Below, piece after piece: positions 6,984-16,400 of a stretch of DNA of 20,000 bases (the stretch's first letter is position 1; each line of letters opens with the position of its first letter). Position numbers and translations under genes: made by a program. The stretch lies in the IMG/VR virus record IMGVR_UViG_3300009376_000008. The stretch is one strand, 5' to 3'. The notes under the pieces are model-generated. The model made no database searches. It was given only the letters and a program-made list of their open reading frames with translations, and was not told the DNA's origin. Origin of the DNA: an uncultured virus (IMG/VR IMGVR_UViG_3300009376_000008) (taxonomy: Duplodnaviria; Heunggongvirae; Uroviricota; Caudoviricetes).

Positions 6984-9628
6984 TAAAAATCAAACTTTAC
7001 TCTTATGAGAAACTCATCTTCTTTACGTTTGGTTATTGGTTGTGAAAATCTAGCCTTTGCAATAACGTTCATGTTCGAATCATGAAAATTTAAGCCAGAA
7101 AGATAAACAAAGTCCGTTGCAGTTTCATTTGGCCGATCAGATGGAGCATAGGCAGCATAGTTCGGATTACTAGAACTGTTTAATAGGGTCTTTGAACATG
7201 GTACCATAACCTCAAACATATGAAGATTCTGTTCTCCTTTAAATGAAATCTCGTAATGATCCTTTCCCATCATGAACAGATGAGGAGATTTCAATGCTAT
7301 TATACCATCTTCGTAGTAAACTGTTCCTACAAAATTATTCATTGCTACAGAACCGCTGCAGTCTGCTCGAATCATATTGCCATAACCGTCGTCGATTAGA
7401 CGAACCGGTACTAATCGATCAGAGCCAGATACAGTAGGCATTACATACAGGTTGCTTTTCATCTCTATGGTGCCCGGGTTTATTCTATTTCCGTAAAATA
7501 AAGTTGGCACATTGAAAATAGCCACCATGTTAGAAGATTTTTCACCACTGCCGATCAAACCGTATGGCTGTGGGTTAAAAAACCTTGTAGAGGGAATCGA
7601 TGGTGGCCGGAAACCTAGTGATCGAGGAATAACTGATGTTGCTCTATTCCTAGGCCCATGGGGGCGTTCATTTATCGTGTCTACTTTTGAATAATTCCAC
7701 CCCTCGTCGACAAGACACAGTTTTGAATCTAAATTAGTTCTAAAGTTGCCTAAATTACTAAGATTACAAACACTAGGCCGGTCTTCTGAAATAATTGATC
7801 CACTGAAATCGACCGAACTATAGCTCTCATACGTTTGTGTAAATTGGCCATTATCACATGGCAAAACCAATAAATTTCTCTGTTTATGTCCTGGAAACCG
7901 TTCATATCCTATGCTACTGCTCATCTCGTGACAACTATTGTATGCCCTGACAGAAGACGAGAGTTGGTGCAAGTATGGGTATCGGCCAGTTGCAAAATCT
8001 CTCAAAAAGGCTTGGGCGTTAATATTCAAAATACCCCCAATGCTTGAATGATGGGTATTGAATGGAGAATCGAAAGCAAGTCTACCTGGAACAGGATAAT
8101 TCTCATAAAAATCTTCTAACGTTGCCTCCCTTGTTCTAGAGTCTCTAGCGCCATAAAGATCTCCGACTAAAGTGTTATAGTTATTCGGCGGTGCATTTGG
8201 CGTATAAATTACTGGTACGTGAAATAGCAGCTCACCAGAAGATCCAGTAGAAATTCCTTTATATTTTCTAATAAAGCCTACTGAACGGATTCTATTACTT
8301 AGTTTTATTTCATGTATCTCAGCATTAAGCCCAGAGACGAAGGAACCTGATGGATAACCCGCAGCGCCGGTTGTCGCTTCTACGCCCTGATTATACCTTG
8401 TGGTGGTCGAAAAGAAATCCAAGGCATTTGCTGCTGTGCCTGTATAATAGGCGCCCACAAACATGCTATCAACTGCTTGGGTGAGATCTGCCATCGTAAA
8501 AGAAGATGGGGGCTCAAAATATCCGGCAGTCCTACCATCGATAAGAAATGAGCCAGTGTTATTGTTTTGAGTTGGAGAATATCTTACACAGCAATGGTGC
8601 CAATGAGAGGCCGTAATATAATCTTTAGACTTATACGTCATTACAGAAGCCCTGTTTCGATTAGAAACAGTCAAATCAATACTATCTGGTTCAACATTTC
8701 CGCTGGCATATGTTGCCATCTGGAGAAGAAGCCTGTAATTAAGTGGGAGGCCACTGGCCTCTAGGTTGCCCTGTCTAGATCCTGTAACAACAGAAATAGC
8801 AAACGCGCCAGGTAGATGAATAATAGTCCCAGCAGACGTAGGCTGTCGTTGCATTTTAAGGTAGAATTCAAGCTGAAATTCAGACGTCGGTAAATATCTA
8901 TTTGACGGACTGTTATAAACGATGGCTGGCTGAAGAGCAGAACCCGTGTTGAAGGTATTCTGGAACATGTTTATACAATTGTAATTCGTATAACCCCAGC
9001 CTAGCGATGGCCGGCCGACAGAATAAGTGCCGTCTAGAACAGTACGGATTATTTCTTTTCGTCGAAAGGGCTTTGCTATAAAGTCTGTGCCTGGAACAAA
9101 TCTAGAAATACTAGAGGTTGCCCTATTTCTTGGGTGCATAGGAAGGTCGGAATAACCACTATGGGCCCAGTTTAAATTAAGCTGCACATATTCTTTTTTA
9201 AAGTATTCGGGCGGAAAAGGATTCGGCGGCTTATGTCCCTGCCTCATAGCAAGGACATCATCATACTCGCCGTCTTCATCGTGATCGGCAGGATTGGCAC
9301 CATCTAACAATAAGCCTAGTTGTAAATCGTAATTGTAACTAGACGTAGATTCAGAAAAAATCTCGCCAGAACCTACTGGCGTCTTTTTTGCTGCGTAAAT
9401 CTGTCTTCTTCGGCCTTCGAACGTATTTTCATCAAATTTCTGAGGACCTTCATGATCAGCGATACCCTCTCTTTCGTCAATACTGTCCTTTTGCGTATGA
9501 GACCGATTTACGATAATATTAATCGAACCGGTAACGCCTCCATAACTAGAAGAAAGAAACGTCCGCTTTGGAGCAAATTGAATTGAAGAATTGGATAGAA
9601 ATTCTGGAAATAGTTTGATTATGGCCAT
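6983..9628 (-). CDS. Putative virion structural (baseplate/tail) protein with LamG/ConA-like domain, 881 aa
   Basis: LamG-like pattern FQLEFYLK...WHHCCVRY...FLIDG...MFVGA...IHEIKLSN (about 8290-8880). The C-terminal region is paralogous to the 437-aa neighbour and ends VIAKARFSQPITK...IRVKFDF. Confidence 0.7.
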   Translation of the reverse strand: MAIIKLFPEFLSNSSIQFAPKRTFLSSSYGGVTGSINIIVNRSHTQKDSIDEREGIADHEGPQKFDENTFEGRRRQIYAAKKTPVGSGEIFSESTSSYNYDLQLGLLLDGANPADHDEDGEYDDVLAMRQGHKPPNPFPPEYFKKEYVQLNLNWAHSGYSDLPMHPRNRATSSISRFVPGTDFIAKPFRRKEIIRTVLDGTYSVGRPSLGWGYTNYNCINMFQNTFNTGSALQPAIVYNSPSNRYLPTSEFQLEFYLKMQRQPTSAGTIIHLPGAFAISVVTGSRQGNLEASGLPLNYRLLLQMATYASGNVEPDSIDLTVSNRNRASVMTYKSKDYITASHWHHCCVRYSPTQNNNTGSFLIDGRTAGYFEPPSSFTMADLTQAVDSMFVGAYYTGTAANALDFFSTTTRYNQGVEATTGAAGYPSGSFVSGLNAEIHEIKLSNRIRSVGFIRKYKGISTGSSGELLFHVPVIYTPNAPPNNYNTLVGDLYGARDSRTREATLEDFYENYPVPGRLAFDSPFNTHHSSIGGILNINAQAFLRDFATGRYPYLHQLSSSVRAYNSCHEMSSSIGYERFPGHKQRNLLVLPCDNGQFTQTYESYSSVDFSGSIISEDRPSVCNLSNLGNFRTNLDSKLCLVDEGWNYSKVDTINERPHGPRNRATSVIPRSLGFRPPSIPSTRFFNPQPYGLIGSGEKSSNMVAIFNVPTLFYGNRINPGTIEMKSNLYVMPTVSGSDRLVPVRLIDDGYGNMIRADCSGSVAMNNFVGTVYYEDGIIALKSPHLFMMGKDHYEISFKGEQNLHMFEVMVPCSKTLLNSSSNPNYAAYAPSDRPNETATDFVYLSGLNFHDSNMNVIAKARFSQPITKRKEDEFLIRVKFDF

Positions 9629-9639
9629 GTGTCATCATT

Positions 9640-10953
9640 TTAAAAGTCTAGACGAACTCTGACCGTAAGATCTTTTTCGTCGTTCTTTTCAATTGGTCTT
9701 GACAACTTTCCACAAGCCATAAGCTCATTGTTTGTATTGTATAGACCAACTGTCGTTATAAAAGTAAAGCTTCTCTCTGTTGGATCTGTTTGATCTTCAA
9801 TGACATTCAAATTACCAGATGCATCAAGATAAGAAGGATTGGTGCTATAGTTGAATTCTCCAGGCGTAGCTCGACAGAAATAAATCGATGACTGAATATT
9901 CGTTTGATTTTGAAAGGCCATTGAAGTTAATGTGCCCGAACTAAACCTAGTTCCAGCAATGTGATCAAGAATATTGTCAATAGAGGCCGAGACCATAAAA
10001 TCTGGAATAAATTGCGCTTTATAATTTGAGTCAGACCGTGAACCTGATCCAACCGTAATAAATCCCTTCAAGACATCTGAGTACGCATTTTGATTCATGG
10101 CATTGATGGTACCAGTGATATGCTGGTCTGACCAACATACTTTAGCTAAATCAAAAACTGCAATTCCATAATCATAAAACATCAAACCAACGTCGACGTC
10201 AGTATTAGAGGCCTTTTTAATTCTGGCTACATCACCGCCTGTAACCCTTCGACTATCTGTATTTGCAGAAATATCCGCAAAGATTTCAACACCTTCCTCA
10301 GAAACAACACCTATGTTTGACCCTGTCCTTGCGGTCAAAGCAGCAGCATAAGCAGAAACGCCTGCTGACTCCTGGGGCTGAATTTCGTAATCATGGCCTG
10401 AAATAGACGCCGAAGTATAAAACCTCATGGCAAACGTCTCTTTTCTAATTCTGTCTCTTGCAAAAAGCCGCTTATAATTAATAAAAAGCGCTTCATTAAT
10501 TCTATTAGTTGCAGTAGTAGCGGCGCCTGCATTATCAGGATAGGTTGAAGCGCCTAGGAAAAACGCAGAATCTGCATTGCCTAATAAAAACGAAGCGTAT
10601 TGTTTATAAATATCAACCTTTTCCCTCATCATAACTGATTGACTTGCAAAAAGAAGCTTTCCAGTACTGGCTACGGTATAACCGGGTGCCGTTGTAACGG
10701 TATCGCTGGATTGAAACAAGCCTACGCTTAAATCCATGATTGGATTTGCTGTCTGCAACGTAAAATCTTGGTCATAGACAGTCTGGTATAACGAGCTTGT
10801 TATTCCAGGACCGATACCACCCGTAACAAACACCTGGTATTTGCGTCTTGTTAACGAACCAGACATATCCTCTTGAATAACATCAATCAGCTGGCTCAAT
10901 GATGACGGAGATGCTTTAATATCCGCCGCTGTAAAATCTTTATAAGTGCCCAT
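9640..10953 (-). CDS. Putative virion structural (baseplate/tail) protein, 437 aa
   Basis: GAGGT SD. Ser/Thr/Ala/Gly-rich. The C-terminus FITTVGLYNTNNELMACGKLSRPIEK...VRVRLDF resembles the C-terminal strands of tail-collar (DUF3751-like) domains. Confidence 0.7.
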   Translation of the reverse strand: MGTYKDFTAADIKASPSSLSQLIDVIQEDMSGSLTRRKYQVFVTGGIGPGITSSLYQTVYDQDFTLQTANPIMDLSVGLFQSSDTVTTAPGYTVASTGKLLFASQSVMMREKVDIYKQYASFLLGNADSAFFLGASTYPDNAGAATTATNRINEALFINYKRLFARDRIRKETFAMRFYTSASISGHDYEIQPQESAGVSAYAAALTARTGSNIGVVSEEGVEIFADISANTDSRRVTGGDVARIKKASNTDVDVGLMFYDYGIAVFDLAKVCWSDQHITGTINAMNQNAYSDVLKGFITVGSGSRSDSNYKAQFIPDFMVSASIDNILDHIAGTRFSSGTLTSMAFQNQTNIQSSIYFCRATPGEFNYSTNPSYLDASGNLNVIEDQTDPTERSFTFITTVGLYNTNNELMACGKLSRPIEKNDEKDLTVRVRLDF

Positions 10954-10961
10954 TTATAACC

Positions 10962-11651
10962 TCAAACTGAATACTTGACTGTTACTTCAAAAGTCGTAAT
11001 AATACCAGTCGATGATCCAACTACCTTAATGGTAGTTTTAACGTTACCGCTAGTATCCTGTAATTGTGTATATCTTTTCCCTGTTCCCACGTATTGTAAA
11101 GTAAATCCTATCTGACTGAGAACGTTTCCTGCCCCGGGACGAGCCGGTACATCATAGACCAGGCCGAACCCAAACGGTTCTTTTCTTGCTCTAGATCGAG
11201 CACCTGATAATTTTAAAAAGCGACCGTCGACAAAAACCTGAAACATTGATTCCTGAAGTAAAAGCCTCTGTCTATCTGTTACCTTATCAGAATCAATATT
11301 TTGTTCACACCTTACAGATAGTTTCTTATTTTGTTCAACTGTCTGCAGAGTGCTTGACAATGCCATCGTTGGCAGAGCAATCAAGTTTGGATCTGAATAG
11401 CTAACTAATGGATACCTGACAGCCATAGAAGCTACAGTTTGTGCTTCAAAGACCGGGGTATTCTTTTCAATCTTTTCTTTCCCAATTGTACGACCATACT
11501 TTTTGATAATAGTATAGTCACATTCATCATCTGCGAAAGCATAACGAACGACACGAAATGAACCATCGTTCTTTGCTAGCAATTCTCGGCCTCGGTCCGT
11601 CAACACTGCGTCGATGATGATGTTGTTTGTACTGTGATCAAGAAATCCCAT
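10962..11651 (-). CDS. Putative virion structural protein, 229 aa
   Basis: AGGAG SD. The N-terminus AVLTDRGRELLAK...FRVVRYAFADD resembles the start of tail-collar (DUF3751-like) domains. The beta-rich C-terminus (TTIKVVGSSTG..TFEVTV) is Ig-like. Confidence 0.7.
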   Translation of the reverse strand: MGFLDHSTNNIIIDAVLTDRGRELLAKNDGSFRVVRYAFADDECDYTIIKKYGRTIGKEKIEKNTPVFEAQTVASMAVRYPLVSYSDPNLIALPTMALSSTLQTVEQNKKLSVRCEQNIDSDKVTDRQRLLLQESMFQVFVDGRFLKLSGARSRARKEPFGFGLVYDVPARPGAGNVLSQIGFTLQYVGTGKRYTQLQDTSGNVKTTIKVVGSSTGIITTFEVTVKYSV

Positions 11652-11671
11652 TTTATTTTCTCCTATTGACT

Positions 11672-11681
11672 AATTATAATT
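11672..11681 (-). promoter_or_regulatory. Candidate phage promoter/operator AATTATAATT upstream of the 229-aa gene
   Basis: Lies in the largest intergenic gap (11652-11699), 20 nt before the ATG and followed by an AGGAG SD. Confidence 0.55.
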
Positions 11682-11699
11682 CACAAGGAATACCTGTAA

Positions 11700-13418
11700 T
11701 TACTTTTCTTTAATATAAAATTTTATCACCTGGTCTTCCTGGGTCTCAATGTCTATTAATTGCAAGATGTACGTTGGCAATAACTCATCGGTAGAATAAT
11801 TTTTCTTAGATATTTCTACCATTTTTTCCTCTTTTGTACCGACTAAAGTCGTAATAGTTGGATTGTGATAGATTTCCAACTTAGAACATCCAGCCGACTT
11901 AATAGAATCCACAAACCCATCTTCAACGCATGTTAAATTTGGATATTGCTTTGGAGACCCAGGATATGCAACATGTTCCATAGTATAATTATTCAATGAA
12001 TCTACTACTGCACGATACTGACCTGATAAATTCGAACTATTTCCATGAGCATCAACTGTACAGACAGCCCAAATCTTGGGTTCTGTCTGTGTAGGAAGAG
12101 GCACTTCGACAAAATTTTGAGACATAGTTACAAAAACTGTTCTAGATAGAGGAACGTTCTCCTGAAGTGGAATTCTAATCTGAGAATCATTAAAATCTAG
12201 CATAGTATGAAGCCTGAATGGATCTTGCACTGAATCTCGTTCAAAAACCTGGACATATTTTATGTCATTTACAGGCTGGCCTGTTTCGCTAACCTGAGAT
12301 GGAAGGTCCCACTCAATCTGCATAGAAGAGTCCATAAACCTAAAATTAACAGAGGTAACTGTTTTAGGAGGTTTTGCCTCAATACACTCAATAGTTACTT
12401 TTCTTCCTCCCGGAGACACCACTAGAAAGTCAGTAACTTTTCTACTGCTATCCCTCAAAGAGCACAGGCCTAAAGTATGCAAAGAATAATCGTATGTTGC
12501 TCCATATACTATGTCGTTATCGGTAATTTGGTTTTTATCTCTCTCCAATAATACAATAGGTTTTTCCGGTGTTCTATTATCACCATCTACCCTTGTTTTA
12601 AATGCAATGATGCCTATAAGGCCTATACCCGTAACATAACTTGTTTTACGATAAGTTATAGGATCAATCTGCATTTCATAATCATCAAAACTAAATGCGT
12701 TTGACCTCTGGTGTTTTCTAAGATCTTCCTGCATAGCAATAGCATCAGGAACCTTACTTATGTAGTTTATTGACTCGCCAGATAAAAAATTTGTCGCAAT
12801 AGAATTTACTATGTCGCCTACAGCAAAATTGAAAACCGTCGTATTGGTCTCAAACTGATTTCTGTTTTCATCGTATTCGACCACTGGTAAATTAGTAGTT
12901 GGATCGAAGGCAATTGCGCCAGATGCACCGGAATCTCTAGCTACAGCCTTTGATAATAATTCCTTTACTTCTTCATTTACGTTTGCCACAAGCGTCGAAA
13001 AAGAGCTATAGTTATCAGTAGCATCATCAGTGTTAAAATCATTGGCTATAGTATCCTCAATCTTTGGCATTGACATAAACGCTAGCCTAGTAGATGGCAT
13101 CGATTGCATCTGGGATTCTGTTGTGGCCTTTGAGAAGTTATCGGCAGACAATATCTGCTGTATTTGACGAGCGCTTAACCCTTTCGCTATATGGTCGCCA
13201 AGGGATAAATTGTTAAGGGTATCCTTCTTTAAATCAATAATAACCTGCCTAGGGTACCCATACCGTGATAGGTCTCTTCCATCTAAAGTTTGATCTCCTG
13301 TTGCAGGATAAGCTGCTTCACCAATAGTAAAGTAGTGATACTTGAAAGTAATAGAAAGATCTTCTATCTCTGGTAAATCTACTACAAAAACAGGTTTAGA
13401 TCTGAAAGATAATGCCAT
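11700..13418 (-). CDS. FN3/Ig-like domain protein, probably virion-associated, 572 aa
   Basis: FN3-like patterns: ITDNDIVYGATYDYSL, and PPKTV...MQIEWDLP...IKYVQVFER...WAVCTVDAHGNSSNLS. GAGGG SD. Confidence 0.65.
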   Translation of the reverse strand: MALSFRSKPVFVVDLPEIEDLSITFKYHYFTIGEAAYPATGDQTLDGRDLSRYGYPRQVIIDLKKDTLNNLSLGDHIAKGLSARQIQQILSADNFSKATTESQMQSMPSTRLAFMSMPKIEDTIANDFNTDDATDNYSSFSTLVANVNEEVKELLSKAVARDSGASGAIAFDPTTNLPVVEYDENRNQFETNTTVFNFAVGDIVNSIATNFLSGESINYISKVPDAIAMQEDLRKHQRSNAFSFDDYEMQIDPITYRKTSYVTGIGLIGIIAFKTRVDGDNRTPEKPIVLLERDKNQITDNDIVYGATYDYSLHTLGLCSLRDSSRKVTDFLVVSPGGRKVTIECIEAKPPKTVTSVNFRFMDSSMQIEWDLPSQVSETGQPVNDIKYVQVFERDSVQDPFRLHTMLDFNDSQIRIPLQENVPLSRTVFVTMSQNFVEVPLPTQTEPKIWAVCTVDAHGNSSNLSGQYRAVVDSLNNYTMEHVAYPGSPKQYPNLTCVEDGFVDSIKSAGCSKLEIYHNPTITTLVGTKEEKMVEISKKNYSTDELLPTYILQLIDIETQEDQVIKFYIKEK

Positions 13419-13420
13419 AG

Positions 13421-16400
13421 TTAGCCCTCTAAGTCAAAAGAGTATGAAGCAATATGATCGTTATAGAGTTTATTGCCGTGGGGTTCATCTTCCATATCGA
13501 TTTTTAATTTATCGTCCTCTATAAACTGCGGAGTTCCCTGTAAGTCTGATAAACCAATTTCTGATGCCCCAGTGCTCATTTTTCTCGTCACATAAAACTG
13601 GTTTGGGTGACTAATAATATGGAAAACTCGATCAAATAATCTTACCCCAAGCATAGATGCCGGAATAGTTGCCGCTGAAAGTATTCTGGATTCAAGCGTA
13701 GCTTGTATAGTATTGATTTCAGAAATACTAAGATCGGGATTTTCTTTTGATAATTCTAACGCTGTTTTGAGTCTAGTATCATCAAAATAATCTGCAATGT
13801 TTTCAGGCGGATCCTTTAATAGATCAGGAAGAAGGCCTTGAATATCGGCTTCCACAATTGTGTTTGGCAGCTTGGGATCATATCTGAATGTATTTTCGTC
13901 TATAACCATGCCATTCATAATTTCCATGCACTCTTTAATACAATAGCTGATTAAATGATTACGTAGAATAGCATCTGCTTCAGCTGCTGCGCCGGACTGG
14001 GAAACTGCTTCTTCGACAAACTCGAAAGCGTCGTCATAACTAACAAAATTATGAGCACTTTCGGTAACTAATAAAAATTTAGAAGTTTTCAGAATAGATT
14101 CTATCCCTGCCTCTGGATCAGCGGACCCGAGACTCCCTGGTACTAAATAAATATTTGGCATAAAAACATTATCAACAGAAGAAAATTCAAAATCCATGAA
14201 AAAAGCGAACGATGCATGTTTTCTCAGGTTTATAGGTTCAAAGGGGTCACCCAAACCACTAATCAAACCGCATGGAATTCCAACTGTGTGAAATTTTGCA
14301 GTCTCTGGACGTTGGAAATCTTCTAACGCCTCCTGGACTACAGCTTTTGCGCACAAATATTCGTTAGTAGTTTTTAAATATTTGGCCGGTAGATAAGCTA
14401 ATGCTGCGGAGCCCTCATTAACAACCATATCTTTACGACGGTTAAAATCTTGGACTTTACTAGAATATAGCACTACATCGGCACCTTCTATTCCAGGGAA
14501 CTGGGATACTTCTTTGATTGAGTCGATCTTTTCATTGGCTGCCAAACTTTCTAAAAGATTGGGCAAGTTTTCAAACGGAGTAACTACAGATGTAATAAAC
14601 CCCTTATAGGCCATCCCATGAGTCCGCCATTCTGTAAAATCATCTAACAGCCCTGACCAAGCGCCGCGGTTAGCAAACACTAGCGCATCTGTATCGGTTT
14701 CAGAATCTTCTCCAGACAAAATATATGTAAATGGGCAATAGTCGTCTTCTTCCTGTAAAAATTCCCAATCCTCAGTTATCGCAGACTCATTTTCTTCAGT
14801 AGTGGTGATAGTCTCACCAGTCGTAGCGTCTGTTGTGCTAGTCGTAGTCGATCCAGGCCCAGACTCCATTTCTTCTTGAATAGCTGTTGGAATTAGATTG
14901 CCAAAAAATTCTTCGTCTATAAGATCACCAAAAGAGGTTGGGACCGGTTCTGAACCTGTAGAAATACCCCATCTATAAGGGCCAATCTCTGGATCAATGT
15001 TTGTAACCGCCAATGCTGCAATCTGAGTCCAAAAAATTTCTTGTGCCTCTAAACCAGTATGATTAGTGGTATTCGATTCTGTTTCACTTAATTTTATCAA
15101 CTCTGTAATAATCCTCCAAAGCATCATTCTTAGTTGAAACCTAGGAATACCAAAGCAGACTGATCTAGAATCCCCTAGTGAACCGGCTTCATAAAAACCA
15201 GAAACTTCTGAACTGTAATCAAAATCAACATCTGCATCAATTAATCCTTTAGTAGCCAACAAAAGAGATATCGAATTTGTAATACCAATCTCTATCTGCT
15301 CAAATAAATAATTGGCAAATGAAACCATAGTATTAAAGTACTGGACTGATGTAGTATCATCTGATGGTTGTACCCGTTTATCTTCTTCAGTATTGTTTCT
15401 AGCGTCTGTATAATACGCACTCCGAAAAGCTTTACCAGTGACACCAGCCTCTGTAGAAGTTCCTTGATATATGCCAACGTTATAGACTAGCATATAAATA
15501 TCTCTCGGAGAACCATTCCATGCCAAGGTATTATAAACTAAATTGGTAACATGGGCTTCGGCTTGAACATAAAGTGACATGTTTCTCAAGAATCTCATAC
15601 GCTCTACAAGATCCCAGTCATCGGCGTCATATAAATTGCTGCTTACTCCGCTGATTGGATGGGAGAATGGGGTATCAGTTGTTAATGTATTTAGTATAGC
15701 AACTACTACCTCATTGAAAATAATAAGCGGGCCGCCTTCTTCAATAAAGACGTTTAAGAAATCCATAAACTCTGTTGTCTGAGTATTTGCCTCATCCATC
15801 CATGCAGCGATAGTATCTAGGTTGTACTCTCTACCTTCGATAACATCACCCAGGGCTGGCTGTAGAATGTCTTCATAAAATGTACGCCCAGTAACTGGCG
15901 CGCCGCGGCGGGATTTATTTAGTGCACTAATAGATTCTTCAAAGGGATAATATGTTTGGCCATCTAAAACAAATTTGGCTATAGACCCCATTTTGGTTGG
16001 GACCTCTAAGGATGTAATCGGTTTCGATGCCGAAACCCCGTCTAAGAAATATTCACCAAAATTAGTAGACTGGTTTTCTTTGGCCCAAACGGCGATTTCA
16101 TGCTCTGCTGTAACTAATTTGCTTAACACCATTTCTGTCCAAATCCGGTTACAATTACCGACAATGGATGTGTTTAAGTTCCCGCCTCTCGTCGAATTAT
16201 ATACATCTGTCCACTGACGACCTGACATCATTGATAAATTACGGCTAGGTCCATAATGATCACCCATAATCCCCCAACCGGCTGCAAACTGATCAGGGTT
16301 TGTTTCTCCATGGCCTTCTAGCAAATTATAAATATTGCTGCCTCCTTGAAACTCATATCTTTTCCCTCGGCCGGAAGCCCTTTGGCCGGGCTCTAATTCT

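Noticed and set aside
11652..11699. Intrinsic terminator or ncRNA in the largest intergenic gap
   Set aside because: The gap is only 48 nt, with no GC-rich hairpin plus U-tract. It is explained by the promoter-like palindrome and the RBS.
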